A stretch of 64,000 bases of DNA from the human T2T-CHM13v2.0 reference genome, Homo sapiens, in NCBI RefSeq assembly GCF_009914755.1, contig NC_060942.1. The stretch is one strand, 5' to 3'. Numbering within the stretch: position 1 is the stretch's first letter; every line of letters begins with the position of its first letter. Positions 1-15,048 of this stretch are shown one piece after another. Position numbers and translations under genes: made by a program. The notes below the pieces were generated by a model. The model saw only the letters and a list, made by a program, of their open reading frames with translations, was not told the DNA's origin and ran no database searches.

Positions 1-449
1 TTTACATTCTACTCTACTGTTTGAACTATTTCACCATATACACTCATTTTGAAAAGGCGGTTTTAGTTAAATGAAAGCTTGGTTTGGTCCCACCATGTAA
101 CCTGATTTCCCCAAAACTTAATGTTATTTCCACCTATATTATTAGATTACAGCATCCACAAAATAAAATAATTACATCCTTTCTGGTGGGAGTTGGAAGC
201 AGACTGAATATCCTTCCTGACAACTGGAATATCCCATAGATGGCAGACCCTGCCTCATAAGCTAGGGAGTTTCCACTATTTTCACAGGCTCCACAACCTT
301 AAGACAAGGATAACAGAGAAAGGACTTTTTATTTGTGTAGGAGACTAAACAATCCTTAAGATTTTTTCAACTCTATGACGCTATAACTCTAATATTTACA
401 AAAATGCGTTTAACATTCAGGATTTTGGAAATGTATCTACTCTATAAGA

Positions 450-1650
450 CTTCTAGGGTCAGTCAAAATGACACAGGAGCCAATTTCAAAGGGCTCTCAC
501 TGGTCAAAGGTGGAGCATTTATTCATCAAAAAGAAAAATAAATGCAAGGGTTTCAAACACATAAAACCTATGCAATTCCCACAGGCCTATAATAATAAAA
601 AGTAAAAGCATCATTGGTCATCTTTGGAGATTGCTCGGGTATCAACTCATTATACTGAGAATGGATAAATATGAAGGGAATCAAGCATTTATTCTGTCTT
701 TCAAGATTTATCCTGATTTTCAGGGAAAGCAAAGAGTTTATGAGGAAAATTCTCCTTTATAAATGAATCATAGCTAATTATTGCAGGAACAACAGAATTA
801 GAAAAATCAAAATTTTCAACCTTAAGAAAATGGTAGATATAGGCACTGCTCATTAATGGTTGCTAAAAATCATTCAGGTGAAAGGCATATAGGGAACCCC
901 AGAATGGATGAGGATCCAGCTTCACCTGAACCTACTGATCAACCTCAGCATTGCTAAGTGGGACATCCAGTCATTAAGTGCATTCCGGGTACGATGTGAT
1001 AGGGGAACACAGACCACTTCCCAGGAAGTATTCTTGCCCCTCCCCCAAATTGAGCCTAAAAATTGGAATTAAGCCTAATTCCAATCAAGTTTTAGATCCA
1101 CCCAAGAAATACAGGAGGTAGTGGCACATGGTCAGCAATACCACAAAGATGCAGTCAGTCAAGGCCTCAACGTGGGAAATTCTAAACTGCACAATAAATT
1201 ACCCAGTTTACTAAAAAAATAAGTGGCATACACAAAAAGAGGGAACTGCTGTGCGTTAAAAGAGACATGATAGCAAAATGCAATGTACAGACCTTATTTG
1301 GATCCTGAGTTGAACATACCAACTATGAAAGACATTTTTTTCAACAGTCAGGAATACTTGAACATGAACTTTTAGATGATGTTGAGGAATGATTGTAAAT
1401 GTTGTTGGTTGTGACATAGTTTCAGGGTTAAGTGTTTTTAAGTTCTTATCTCTTACAGATACACATTGTATTTATAGATGAAAGTATTTATAGATGAAAT
1501 CTGATGTTTGAGATTTACTTTAAAATAATTCATTAAACATGTTGCAAAGAGTGCATAAAAAGAACAGGAGGCTGATGTTTTCGTACAGGGGATGGGGGGC
1601 TCTGCTGTCATGTGTTTTTGAAATTTTTCATAATAAAAATTTTAAAGATA
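450..1650 (+). mobile_element. Ancient L1 (L1MC/L1ME-type) 3' end fragments
   Basis: Degenerate L1M 3'UTR-like motifs (aaaatgcaatgtacagaccttatttggatcctga; tttttgaaatttttcataataaaaattttaaa at the end). Boundaries approximate. Confidence 0.55.
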
Positions 1651-3038
1651 AAAAAGACAGCCTATTCATGTAAAGCATCTCATATTGCACCTAGGAGGCA
1701 CTCAACGTATTCGCTATAATCATAGTAACAGCACAGAAAAATATTCTACTAATTTTTACTGACAAAGTTAATAAAAGACATTGAAATTGATCATTATGAT
1801 ATGATTTTGTTAGTACAGACCTTAACTGGGGAGACGGACTGGATCAAGTAAAGGCTCTGACTCTCACTTTAACGTATTTACTCAATGTCTCAAATACTGC
1901 ATATGAATAAGTTCTTGGACTATGAACAATAAACTTTTAAAAATAAAATTCTGAAGCTAGCAGCTTAAGTTTTTTGGTTTAATATTTCTAGATGACAGTG
2001 TATTTGGGGCATTTCCTGCTTAAATAACTTCTTTCTTCTTGTTAATATTCTCACACTTTCAGAACTCAGCTATAAAGAAAATTAAAAACTAGGATTTTCA
2101 AATTACCTTTATAAGATACAAAGTGAAGTATCTCGTGTGATAAATGGATATGATGTCTAATTTTTTTCACTCTTTTGGGCTTGTTTCACACATACTCTTT
2201 CACTGTATAATTACCCTAAGTAACTTCTGATTAGTCCCTAATAGGGTAAGAGGGTTCATTGCATATTGAGAACCATTTTCCTCAAGAAAACAAAATTCCC
2301 TATATTCTCCACTCCCACCACACAGTTACCCGTTCATCTTCAGGTGTAGTTCCTGTAACAAGATAAGAATAGAGAATCCCTGTGGAGACAACCCTCCTGG
2401 TCCACCGAGCCCCGAAGCAGTGCCTGGAAATACCATTAACAGGCCATGCCTGGGGCCATATATGAGACTGACCACCTTAGGGATGCTCAAGGTAATCATT
2501 AACTCCCAACTTCCTGAGTCTAAAACCTTCTGGGACTCCTTGCTATTTTGAGAATATAATATTGTAAGAAAGGGAGAAAATGTTTTTTAAAATCATAACT
2601 GCCTTCAAGGAGTATGGATGCTATGACAGTCAAAGGGGCCAGGGTCTTCCATGCTGATATGGTAATGAGCCCTATTTTTCATCTGAGCACAATAATGGCT
2701 TTTGATTTGGGCCTGGTGCTGGCTGAAGGAGCATGGGCAAAAGAGAGTTGCGGCGCAGGTTTCCATAAATAACAAGAAGAATTTGGAATTCCTGGGGGCA
2801 ATCTGATGGGGACAGGGGAGGGGAAAGGAAAAGAGACTGAAGGAGAGAGAGGGATTTAGTTAGTCGACACAGGCTGGGACACCATATATTGGAGGGAATC
2901 CGGCCAGTGAGACATCTACTGGCGCAGTGGCCAAAATGACCTTTACAGAGAGGGAGGTCTACTATGCAATTTAACATTGTGTTTCTGCAATTTAAATACT
3001 TTTGGTTTTCCCGAAAATTGCTGTACAAACGAAGGCCT

Positions 3039-3431
3039 TGATATGGTTTGGCTCTCTGTCCCCACCCAAACCTTATCTCGAATTGATTCCCACGTGTGGA
3101 GGGATTACAGGAGGGAGAGACCTGTAATCCCCACGTATTGAGGGAGGGAGGTGATTGGATCATGGGGGTGGTTTCCTCCATGCTGTTCTCGTGATAGTGA
3201 GTGAGTTCTCATGAGATCTGATGGTTTTGTAAGTGTTTAACAGTTCCTCTTTCACACACTCTCTCTACCCCTGCCTTGTGAAGAAGATGTCTTCTTCCCC
3301 TTCCACTACAATTGTAAGTTTCCTGAGATCTCCCCAGCCATGAGGAACTGTGAGTCAATTAAAGCTCTTTCCTTTATAAATTACCCAGTCTCAGGAAGTT
3401 CTTGATAGCAGTGTTAAAATGGACTAATACC
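3039..3431 (+). mobile_element. THE1 (THE1D-like) MaLR solo LTR
   Basis: Starts TGATATGGTTTGGCT and ends GGACTAATAC. Contains GTGAGTCAATTAAA..ATAAATTACCCAGTCTC. 5-bp TSD GGCCT at 3034-3038 and 3432-3436. Confidence 0.92.
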
Positions 3432-3803
3432 GGCCTTAATGATCAAATTTTTGTTTATGTTTTGTTGCTATCTTGGTAGCAGTGGGGTGAAGAAAATCAA
3501 AGAAATACACTACATTCTCTATCAGGTTGGGTGGAGCCAGTGTGGAAAAGTATAAAGTTCATAAACTCAAGTATACTCATCAAAAGAAAGGAATTAGATC
3601 CAGAGGTGACCATGAGGACATGAGCCTCTGGGAATTTGCAAAAATGGGCAAAGAGCTTAGACTTTCTACCAGCTGTGGAGTGTTTGAGCAAAATCTTCTC
3701 TAGCTCTTAAGAGGCAAGGTTACCTCAGTTGATAATGAGTCTCACGACTCTGTGCTTGTGCCAAAACATCGCCCAACCTTCAAAGCGGTCACATCTAGTT
3801 TCT

Positions 3804-4127
3804 CTCTTTCTTCTTCTTCTTCTTCTTCTTTTTCTTTTGTTAGAGACAGGGTCTCACTCTGTTGCCCAAGCTGGAGTGCAGTGGATGATCATGGCTCACT
3901 GCAGCCTTGAACTCCTAGGCTCAAGTAATCCTCCTGCTTCAGCCTCCCAAGTAGTTGGGACTACAGATATGTGCCACCACAACCAGGCTAATTTTTTAAT
4001 TCTTTATTTGTAGAGATGGGGCCTCACTTCATTGCCCGGGCTCATCTTGGATTCCTGGCTTCAAGTGATCCTCCCATGTCGGCCTCCAAAGTGCTGGGAT
4101 TACAGGTTTGAGCCACTGTGCCTAGCC
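3804..4127 (-). mobile_element. AluJ with (TTC)n-converted tail
   Basis: Full antisense Alu. Degenerate TSD CACATCTAGTTTCT (3790-3803) / CACGTCTGGTTTCT (4128-4141). Confidence 0.95.
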
Positions 4128-4439
4128 CACGTCTGGTTTCTAATGTTGAAATGAAAGCCAAGTTTCCTTCATTAATCCCCTTCAGTCTGTTCCCATTGAG
4201 CCTAAATAGTTACAATAATTTCAGCCTATCTTCCTATGAAAGTGATTCAATCTCCATCAGCATTTCAGCTGAACTTCTTGGACTCATTTTCATAAAGACT
4301 AATTGCTTGTGTAAGGTTGTGTTTAAAACAAATGTTATCCAAGTTCAGTGTTTCTAACCATTACCACTGACATCAAGGAAGTTGAGTGTGTGTGGGAGTT
4401 TGATCATCCCCATCAATCCAGGAGGACACTGTTCTGGGA

Positions 4440-4600
4440 GTCTGAGGTCCCAGCTTTTGGTCTCAGCTTTACCATTTAACTTGACTGTGAGCCCTCAATT
4501 TCCTTATCTGCAAAACTGCAAAAGCCCTCAATTTCCTTATGTGCACTGTTCACCTCATAAGACTGTTGAGAAGACTAAAAGAGATAACACATCAATGATC
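4440..4600 (+). mobile_element. MIR fragment with small internal duplication
   Basis: MIR core gagccctcaatttccttatctgcaaaa, with agccctcaatttccttat present twice. Confidence 0.6.
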
Positions 4601-6799
4601 TTATTCAGAACACAAAATTATGCAAATAAGGGTTAATATTTGGGCTGATAATAGTTCAACAATGTAAAAAATGTATTTCCTTTGTTAAGGACTATTTGAT
4701 TCAACAGTGCGCCTGACAGAAGAATTACTCAACCCTGACTGTTCTTTATTTCTCAATGGGTGATCTGGCAACAGTCTAAACAAACACAAAATTTAGAACC
4801 CCTTTAAACCTTCCTAGTAGTTCATTTTCCTTCAAGCATTTAAGCAAGCCAACAACCCAAAAAACTTCCAATTTCTCTCCTATGAACAAACTCTGCACAG
4901 AGAACTCAGCCAAACTTACTTTAGCGGTTACTACCCTGAGGCTTTTGATGGTTCAAAAAGTACTTCCTTTGTAAGCCAAAAATCTAATCATTAGAGAGGG
5001 CCAATCTCAAAGAAATAGCCTCGGGACTGTAGCACTTGAGTTAAGTAGGAGAAGCACTTTCCGGAATAGTGTCTCCCAGCATTCTACTGGTTCAAGGCTG
5101 CAGTTGCCTTTGTCTGCTGTCATCCCTCTGCTGAATTCTCTTCCTGTTCCAGGGAACAAGGCTGAAGAGCCTCCAGGGCTCAATCATGCAAATGCTGATC
5201 AGATTTAGGTAACTAGGGCAGAGAATTTTACAGAGGGGTGGAGAAAGTCACTAGAGTGACACAGTAAAAATGCAAATTAATTTCAGAGCAAGCACTTTAC
5301 CCACCTCCCAAGGCACTTAATGATTTCGGATGAATGACTCTGAGTCTGAGGGCCACCATGATGGCTCTTGGCTAGACTTTGGTTTCCCAGTCTCTTCTCC
5401 CTGAGCATCTAAAAGTTATTGCATGAAAGGGACATACACTCCCTGAGAAGAGAGCCCCACTATCTGTTCCTTATTTTTTTCTTAAATGCGTTCTCTCCTC
5501 AGGCTTTTCTCCTTTTCATTCCATTTCTAACAAGACCAAGTACAACATATTTACACATCTGAAAATCTTTATTGTCTAAATACCATCCATTATTAATTGT
5601 ATACCTGATCCAATACACAAAGCAAGTCAGTCAGGGAGCAACGGCTTGCATTCTGGTTCCTCTAAAAATGTAGAGGTGGGGAAAATGATCAGTTGGGAGT
5701 AATTATAGGGCTTTTTTTAAGGAATAACTTTTTCTTTTTATAAAATAATAAATGCTCATTATAGAACCAGGCAAAAAAATTATAAGTAGCCTTAAATCTC
5801 TTTTGTTGGACATTGAGCATTTGGCTGTGAGACCCAGATGTAGAAAAATGGTGTTTTAGCCCAGAACACTTTCCTCTCCATGTATCACCCACAGGGGAGA
5901 AACGCACAAAGGAAGCAAGGTGAGGAAAAGCAACTCCTTACTATTAGGAGAGGCTTTGGCTCCAAAGCTGAGATTTGAACTCCCGGACCTGTGCTGGTTC
6001 ACATGCAGTGCTCCTTTTCAGGAAAATAATTGGGCCTATATAGCCTTGAACCCATGCAGGATATAAGCTGCTCCATGAGGGACCTCTAATCCTGAACCCA
6101 AGGGGAATGATAGCTGCCCCTATTGAAGAGAGGAGCCAGAATAGGGGCCACTTAGGCTCTAGACCTATGATGGGCAGTAGCCCTGGGTCCAATTGCAGGT
6201 GGAGAGAGCAGCTCCGGAGAAAGAGAGGGAGATGGGACTGCGTAGCAATTCACCCCAGCCATGTGTGCTGACCGGGAAAACAAGGCCTGTTGGTGATCCA
6301 GGATATGACAGTGCAGATCCCCCTTGACCTCCTTGGGGTAGGCTAAAAGGAGTATGGAGGGAGGAGTGGAGAGATAAGGGGAGAGGTTTCCCCTAGAGAT
6401 TTTTACCTTTGACCCTACACCCCCATTTTCAGGAAATCTATCTTAGGAAATAATCAGCTACCTATGGAAAGCTCTGCTTATAAGAATGGTCAATATGGCA
6501 TTATTCATTCCATCTAAAATTCAGATATTAAGTGTTAAATTATCATAATTAAAATGATGAGGCTTTCAAAGGCAGACACTACATATCAAAGTTAGGAGCT
6601 ATCGCTCTACCAAAGCCATTTTCTGATATCAGCACCACTTTCAAGGGGTTCAGCTCATAGCTCCAAAATATTTATTTTTCTAACTTTCACATGACTAATC
6701 CATTTTTCCAACAAGTAAAACAATAGAAAAAAGACAGTGAAATGCCTTTCACAGATCCAAAGAGTGGTGAAAAAGCCAAACATAATACTCAAAGACATT

Positions 6800-6940
6800 T
6801 GCAGCTGGGCAGGACTTTGGAGATAATTTAGTCCAGTACCCCTCATTGTACAGATAATAAAACTGAGTCCTGGTGAGAGGACATGACTTACCCAAGGTTA
6901 GGTCAGAAGCAGAGCCCTACATCTCTGACCCTCCCATCTG
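6800..6940 (-). mobile_element. MIR fragment
   Basis: cattgtacagataataaaactgag..tgacttacccaaggtta, antisense MIR core. Confidence 0.6.
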
Positions 6941-7125
6941 GGGCTCCCTCTGCGGCCCCTCCCTGAAGCTGCAGGGTCCTTTGCATTCTGGGAGAGATTT
7001 GGATTAGGCCCTTGCTATTGACACAATCTCTGATTAAAATTCGCATTCAAATAGAGATGCCCCATTTAACAAATACACGTGCAAGACACCCGGTAATATT
7101 TGAATGTCAGTAAACAATGAATAAC

Positions 7126-7424
7126 TTCTTTTATTTTTAATCTTTTTGAGACAGGGTCTCACTCTGTTGCCCAGTCTAGAGTGCAGTGGCATGATCCTGC
7201 TCACTGCAACCCGGACCACCTGGGTTCAAGCAATCCTCCCATTTTAACATCCCAAATAGCGGAGACTATAGGAACACACCACACCCAGCAAATTTTTAAA
7301 TTTTTTGTAGAGACAGGGTCTCCCTATTTTGCCCAGGCTGGTCTCGAGCTCCTAGGCTGAATTGATCCTCCCACCTTGGCCTCCCAAAGTGCTGGGATTA
7401 CAGACATGAGCCACACACCTGGCC
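7126..7424 (-). mobile_element. AluJ
   Basis: Antisense Alu. TSD AACAATGAAT (7113-7122) / AACGATGAAT (7425-7434). Confidence 0.95.
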
Positions 7425-7476
7425 AACGATGAATTTTTTTTTTGTACAAGTATATCCCATGTCCATATATATTATT

Positions 7477-7535
<59 letters not shown>
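7477..7535. repeat. (TG)7(TA)~22 compound microsatellite
   Basis: Directly visible dinucleotide run. Confidence 0.97.
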
Positions 7536-7538
<3 letters not shown>

Positions 7539-7689
7539 TAAACACTGAAAATTGTTTATCTGACATTCAATTTGAAAGTTGAAATCTAGGCATGTTTTTT
7601 AAAAATTTGGGCATTTTTTATTTGCTAAAACTGGCAACTCTATATTCAAAAAGAGACATGTCAAAGATTGTTAGAATAAGAAAAGATCA

Positions 7690-7830
7690 TCCATTCCAAT
7701 TTTCTGATTTTTTACAGATGAGAAAACTGATAAGCAGAGCGAAGCTGCTACCTGCTAAGGTTCCGTGGTTGCTTGGTGACCAAGTTGAGACCACAACTCA
7801 GAGGAGATGGTTACCAGGGCCCCTTCTAAC
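7690..7830 (-). mobile_element. MIR fragment
   Basis: ttttacagatgagaaaactga antisense MIR core. Confidence 0.6.
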
Positions 7831-8027
7831 ACACCATTCTGGATGTGCCTTCCTTCCTGACATTAAAAAAGTTCAACTTATAAATCTTTTAAGAATGAAA
7901 TCCTAAGAAATCTCATGTGCAGTCAATTTCCCCTCCACACCTCTCTTAGGTTGCAGCCATACACTGAGGGCTTTCCTTGATGCCAAAACAACCTAAAGCA
8001 ATAGAAGATTCTTGGAAGATCTTAGAA

Positions 8028-8220
8028 CGGTGGATCTCAGACTCCAGCATGCATCAGAATCACCTGGAGGTGATCACTTGTTAAAATGCGCATCGCTGGG
8101 TCCCACCTCCAGAGTTTCTCATGCTGGAAGTCTGGGAGAGAGACCTACAATTTCCATTTCTCACAAGCTCCCAGGTGATGCTGTTGTTGCCGGTCCAGGA
8201 GTCACACTAGAGAACTACTG
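8028..8220. mobile_element. MER5A hAT-Charlie MITE
   Basis: gcatcagaatcacctggag..cccacctccagagtttct..ctcccaggtgatgctg..gagaactactg. Confidence 0.85.
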
Positions 8221-8327
8221 GTTTAGTTGATGCAGCCATGCCTATTCGATGAGAATTCCCTGATTAAACCAGAGGGAAAAAAGAAGTCTTGTGTTTGGGA
8301 ATATTGTGTCTCAGTTATAGAAAATCA

Positions 8328-8634
<307 letters not shown>

Positions 8635-10889
8635 AGAAAATCATATTCTGTGCTGTATGTTATTAGAGAAATTGTTTTTTTAAGGGCAAAACCAGCCTAA
8701 ATAAGTTTGCTGAGCTGAGATCAATAAGACTGGACAACAGCAATGAATTAAAGGATTATGAGGCAAGTTTAGTTGGGAAAGGAAAGAAGGAATAGGAACA
8801 ATGATTAGTTTCAGGAAAGAGGAACCACGTGAACAATCTGAAAAAGCACTGTAGTCAGAATGTTCTGTGACTATGTCATACCTTTTATTTTTTCCCCCCA
8901 AACTTAGCTATCTAATTATGTGGCTAATTGCAGCTGAATGAAACATTCTGTTGAGATGATTAAGGCCAATATGAGAAATTCTGAGGCCTTTGTTCAATCA
9001 CTTTTGTGGGAACTCAGCGCCCTATTTCTACTGTCAGAGCTGGAGGCCGCAATGCAGTTTCCCACCCCTCAGCCCCTCCTTCCCTCCCCATCCCTCCTCC
9101 TCCCAGCCACTGCTGCCTCCTTACTGCTTCCTAAACAATGACCAGATTGTTACACCTCTCTTGGCTTCTTCTGAAAGAAACCACCCAACTGAAGTTTTCA
9201 AATCTACCCTTTTCGTCCTTGTCCTCCTTCAACTGGCCGCTCCGCAGCCCTGAGCTTCAAGGCCAGGGAGTCCTGTCACATGTCTGCATCTCGCCTCACA
9301 CTTTGCAAATAACAATGCATATGTGCCATAATTATTTGCTCTTCCACCAAATGGCATAGCTCATTTCTATAAGCACTGGGGGAAAGATGCTCTAAAACGT
9401 CCAGTTACATCTCCAACCTGAGGGGACTGAGAGAGACATTCCCAGAGAAAGAGCAGTCTTTTCTGAGAGACTTGGGTGGCCATGGTGTAATTCCATGGAC
9501 AGAGCTTAATTGGAAAATATCCATGGCAGTAAATAAAGAGCAAAGGAGAAAAACATTCCCCTCAGCCAGCAGCTGAGGCAGAGAGAGTTGGCCCTGCTTG
9601 GTACTTATGGATCCCCAGGAACTCATTTCCAGCTTGCCTGAAGGCAGTCACTGGCCCCATGAAGTCAGGAGCTAAAAGCAAAGGGTAATAGTTCCCTGAA
9701 TATAACTTCACAGTCCAGCAGCCCTCCCAGGAAACTCTGAGGGGCACCTCACCTCTGAGGCAAGTGCAATAAAAGCAGACTTCAAATCTCAGCTGGGAAT
9801 TCAGGGGATAAAAATTAGAGTTAACTCCTTCAAGGATACCAGTGTGGTATCCTTGCAGTTTAATACTGGGTTCTGGTTTCCTCGCTGCCTCTCAAATAAC
9901 ATGCCTATGATTCCCTGCAGAGAGGCTGGGAGCCCAGTGTGGGCCAGGAATAAAGAATTGTGATATATCCCAAGTAACTGAGGCCATGATGAGAAGCAGC
10001 ATTGGCTTGCAGGATTAAAGCAGTGGAATGGAAGGGGGCTTGTCACCCAGACCCCTCTCGCCACCGTGTCTCAGAGCCTTCATGGAGACAGGCAGACACA
10101 TTCTTGGGGAGGGGTTGGACTGAGTCACACAGTTCCGGAGGCCACTATTAATTGTTGGTTAAACCAGTCTGCAAGAATAAACTGGCATGGAACAAAGAGG
10201 ATGAGTGACCCAGCAAATGTGGCTCAGAGGGGGCACTTCAAGGGCTGGCTGCCTGGACCTCAGCAACAGCCACCAAAGGATTGAAAGGACCCAGCTGTGG
10301 CTTGTGAGGTTGAGATGGCTTTATTGGTAGGCCAGGAGCCAGCTGGGTACAAGGCATGATTTGGGGGCCCCTATGAAGATTTCTATTGCCAAGCCCTTTC
10401 ATTCATTTGGAAACTCAACAATATAGCCTTTAAAACATAAATCCCCTTGAAGAAAAGTGGCTTACTCTCTCCAGTGGGCATTTATCATATTATGATCTTC
10501 CAGATAGCTCCCTCAACAGCTTTGGGAGGATCATACCCCTACTGCTTCTGTATGGTGTCTTGGAACGAACATCCCACAGGGGCCCGATCTTCACTCTTCC
10601 CACCCCTGGTAGAGTCAGGGGCTAAGCTCAGTGACCAAGGCACAGCCAGGGTGATACCTTCTCCTGGAACTCTAGGTCTTACACGAGTAATTTCCTAGAT
10701 GCAAGGACAAACTTTTCATCACAGCAGCAGCAAGCAAACCCTGCCTGCTTCATGGCCACTGCCTGTTCCTGATGGCCCTCTTCCAGGTCTGGTCCTCCAG
10801 CCTCTTGTGACTTCACCCTCAGGAGTTAGGGACTCCATCAGTCAGGGGTGCTTGCTGCAAGCAACATAAACCAATTTGGGTTAATTTGA

Positions 10890-11035
10890 TCCTCACAACT
10901 ACCTTGTAAGTTAGATAGAAGGATAATTATAACAATCTCTAGAGTGAGGAAAGAGGCTCAGGGTGGTAAATATATTTTGAAGACCCAGCAGCTCTACGTG
11001 GCAGAGCCCAGACCTGAACCAAGGTCTTCTGTCCC
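10890..11035 (-). mobile_element. MIR fragment
   Basis: tcctcacaactaccttgtaag..gtgaggaaagaggctcag..ggcagagcccagacctgaaccaaggtct. Confidence 0.6.
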
Positions 11036-11446
11036 TCCCTCCCCCACATCTATGGCCCAGGCCAGCCTCCTCTCAGATAGCAGAGAGTATTTTGATGCCT
11101 CAAAAAATAATCAAGAGAAGGGACTTGAACCCTGAGTTCACAATTAATGAAGATGCTCAAAATCAGGTCCTTCCAAGAGTAATTGGGCTGAAGGTGTGAT
11201 GGACAGAGCAGGTGAATGAGAGAACACCAAAAGGAGGAAATGGAATAGCCTAGAACAGAAGAGAGGGCACAAAGGGTATGAACACAAGGAGGAGAAATTA
11301 TTAATAAAAATAACAGCAAATATAAATAGACATATACCCATATATGTGTGAATGTGTTTGCTATGTGTAGGCACTGTTCTAAACTTTACCTATTTACATT
11401 TCATAGCCCTGCAAAGTAGGTAGGTATTACTTCCAAGACAGGTAGG

Positions 11447-11766
<320 letters not shown>

Positions 11767-14044
11767 GACAGACAGACATGTATTACCATTGTTGTCATTT
11801 TACAAATGCAGAAACCAAAGCACAGAGAAGACAGGGTTACATCGCTTGGTCACACTGCTAGTAAATAGTAGAGCCTGGATGTGAACCTATGTAGCTTGGT
11901 TCCATTCAAGTACACTTAGCCTTTATGCTACCCTGGCTCTCCCATTGAGTAAGTCAGCCCTAAGAATACCATGGAAGTAGAAAGAACGCTGAGGTTCATG
12001 AGGTCTAAGAGAAAGTTGTCCAAGTAGAAGGGGCATCAATTTGGATCCTGTTCTGCCTCAGAAGAGCTAGGTCATCTTGAACAAATCATATACCATCTTT
12101 AGTCTTGGATTCTACATCTAAAGAATAGAGCCAAAAATACACCTTTGTGAGGAATTCAACACAAGTCTTACAATATTAGGCAAATAGTAACTAAATAATA
12201 TTCCCCTGTTGCTACACTGGAGGATATTTAATGGTGTTTCATAGGAAGTATGAAGGAATTGAGTAATGGTGGATCAAACTTTGGATCCCTCTCCAGCCCA
12301 GGAAATTAGTCTCTCCCCAAGAGAGATTTAAAGCATTCATCCCTTTGCCACCCCCTGCAGAAAACTGCTGGCCCTGCAGAGAGGAAGCCACCCGCAAAGA
12401 ACACAGAGACACAAATCATCCATATTAGACAACCCAAGAGGCACACTTGGTTTATTGTCAGAACAGGCAGCCAGCAGAAGGTATTGGTGGGAACAGACTT
12501 TGTAGAAACCACTAAATAAAGACTGAGCGTAGAGGCAAGCTTGCTCACATGTTTTGGTGGAAAACTTACTACTGAGGGCTCAGCCTAAAGCATGGAACAG
12601 GAGTCTCAATATTGCAGTAGAGTGAGACGCACAAAGTGTGAGACATGGCAGAAGGCCTCCAGACTGCACCCAACATAACATTGTCTTCACCACACTTATC
12701 AAGGCTTATCAACAGCTCCTTGTGAGAAAGAGCTGGGGGTGGTATTAGAAGCCATGTTTCTCTTCGTAGTTGTTCTGTATGTAGCCATATCAAAATCTAT
12801 CTGTCAACCTATCTTTCCATAAATATATGATCTTTGCAGAGCATGAGCTCAGTCTTTTTCATGTCAAACCTCAAGTTAAAGAAACCAGCCAAGAAGGTTA
12901 TGGGGTGCTATCTAGACTTGGGAAATCCTATGATAGTCAAAATTCTGTGCCTGAAGTAGATAAAATAGGCAAGTGGCATCCCATAAAATTATATCTTGAT
13001 AAAACTTATTAACTTAATGTTTTATGTAACATTAAAATAATATATGCAAAGCACTTACAATAGTGTTTTGCCCAGAATGGGTCATTTCTACAAGTAAATC
13101 TCTCAGGCAGCATCATTTTTTAAGTGCCCAAGGTCTAAAGATGACTGTATTTGATTTGATAGGGATTACCAAGGAAGATTGGACAGACTAACCATAGCTG
13201 ATCACATACACATAATTATCAACAGCTTGGTAGGGTGATTGGAGCAGGAGAGTCCAGTGAAATCCATCAAAGAGGACATTTTGTCAAAGAAGTGCAGGCA
13301 GAAGGTTATGAGCCAATGGAAACGGAGAGTTTCAGGTTAGAGAATGGGATATGTGGATGCCTGAATTCTGGCAGAGGCCGGAGGTAGAAGGGAATATGAA
13401 CACAGAGTGAGCTAGGTAAGAACGGGATGTCGTTGGAGAAGTGGCTGGAACACATGGTTGGGGAGTGTGGTTGGAGCACTCAGACAGTACACTGAGAAGA
13501 GGCATCCAGCAGGCTCCTGTCAAGGCTGTGACAGGCAGGAGGATGACAAGCTTGTTTCTGGAGGGGGAAAGGAGGACAAATCAGAGGAGAAGCAGAGCAA
13601 GGACTTCCAGTAAATTCTGCAATAGGACAGGAGTGTAAGCTGGGGACAGATGGTGCATCCCTGGTTATGGGAAAGCCCAGCATGCACAAACAAATGACCA
13701 GATGACATTCCAGGAAAAGAGAGCTTTTGTGTATGTGTGTCTGTGTGTGTGTGTGATGCCTGCTTCTACTACGTGTTCTGGGGCAGGGGTGAACATCAGG
13801 TTTTCATACAAGTACCAGTGCCCAGCCAGGTAGCTTTGGTCATAAGAGCCAAGACAAACAAACCTTTAGATAAGGGAGAAAAGGCAACATAGAGCAGGAG
13901 AGTGTCCAGTGAGTGGTGCAGGTAGATGAGGCCAGAGGAAGCAGGCAGGACAAGCCACAATGGGGAGGCAGCCTGTGGCCTGGCTTTTGAAGGAGGAGCA
14001 GGAAATTGGGCAAAGGAAGAAACATTCTGCTCCACTTTCCAGCT

Positions 14045-14537
<493 letters not shown>

Positions 14538-14547
14538 ATCTAAAACA

Positions 14548-15048
14548 GTGGCCTCAGAAGCAAGGTCTCTCTGACCTCCCCTCGCCCTCTTACTTCTCGC
14601 CTCTTTTTCTCCCCTGAAGTGAGTCATAAAAACCAGAATTCCTCTTTCCCAAAATGGATCATAGAAATTAGAATTCCTCTCCCCCAAAGCAAGCCGTCAA
14701 ACCTAGAAAGGTCATTCTCTCCCTTCTTTCTTGAGTATCCTCATTCCAGAGGGGTCCTTGTGCCATATCCAGGAGGAAAGAATGCCATACAGAGGCCAAG
14801 AAGAATCTGAACAGACAGGCCTTGCTGGATTTCTGCCTTCCGCTCTCAGCATTCAATCACTTGCCCTTTTTCCAATCACATTTCTACACCACTGTCCATT
14901 CTTCATCAAACCTAGGCAGAAAAATAGATCTTTGGGTTTTTATTTCTGAAGGCTCCTATGTCACGTAAAACCCTGATTAAATAAATGTGTCAAGCTTTTC
15001 TTCTGTGAACATGTCCCTTATGGTGGGTGAGGACCCTTCCATGCCTAT
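14548..15048 (+). mobile_element. ERV1 LTR, MER39-like (MER34/39 group), 5'-truncated
   Basis: ggcctcagaagcaaggtctctctgacc..gaggccaagaagaatctgaacagacaggccttgctgg..attaaataaa matches recalled consensus. Confidence 0.75.

Noticed and set aside
2672-3181. 169-aa minus-strand ORF
   Set aside because: It starts inside the THE1D LTR, has no recognisable protein features and shows no exon structure.
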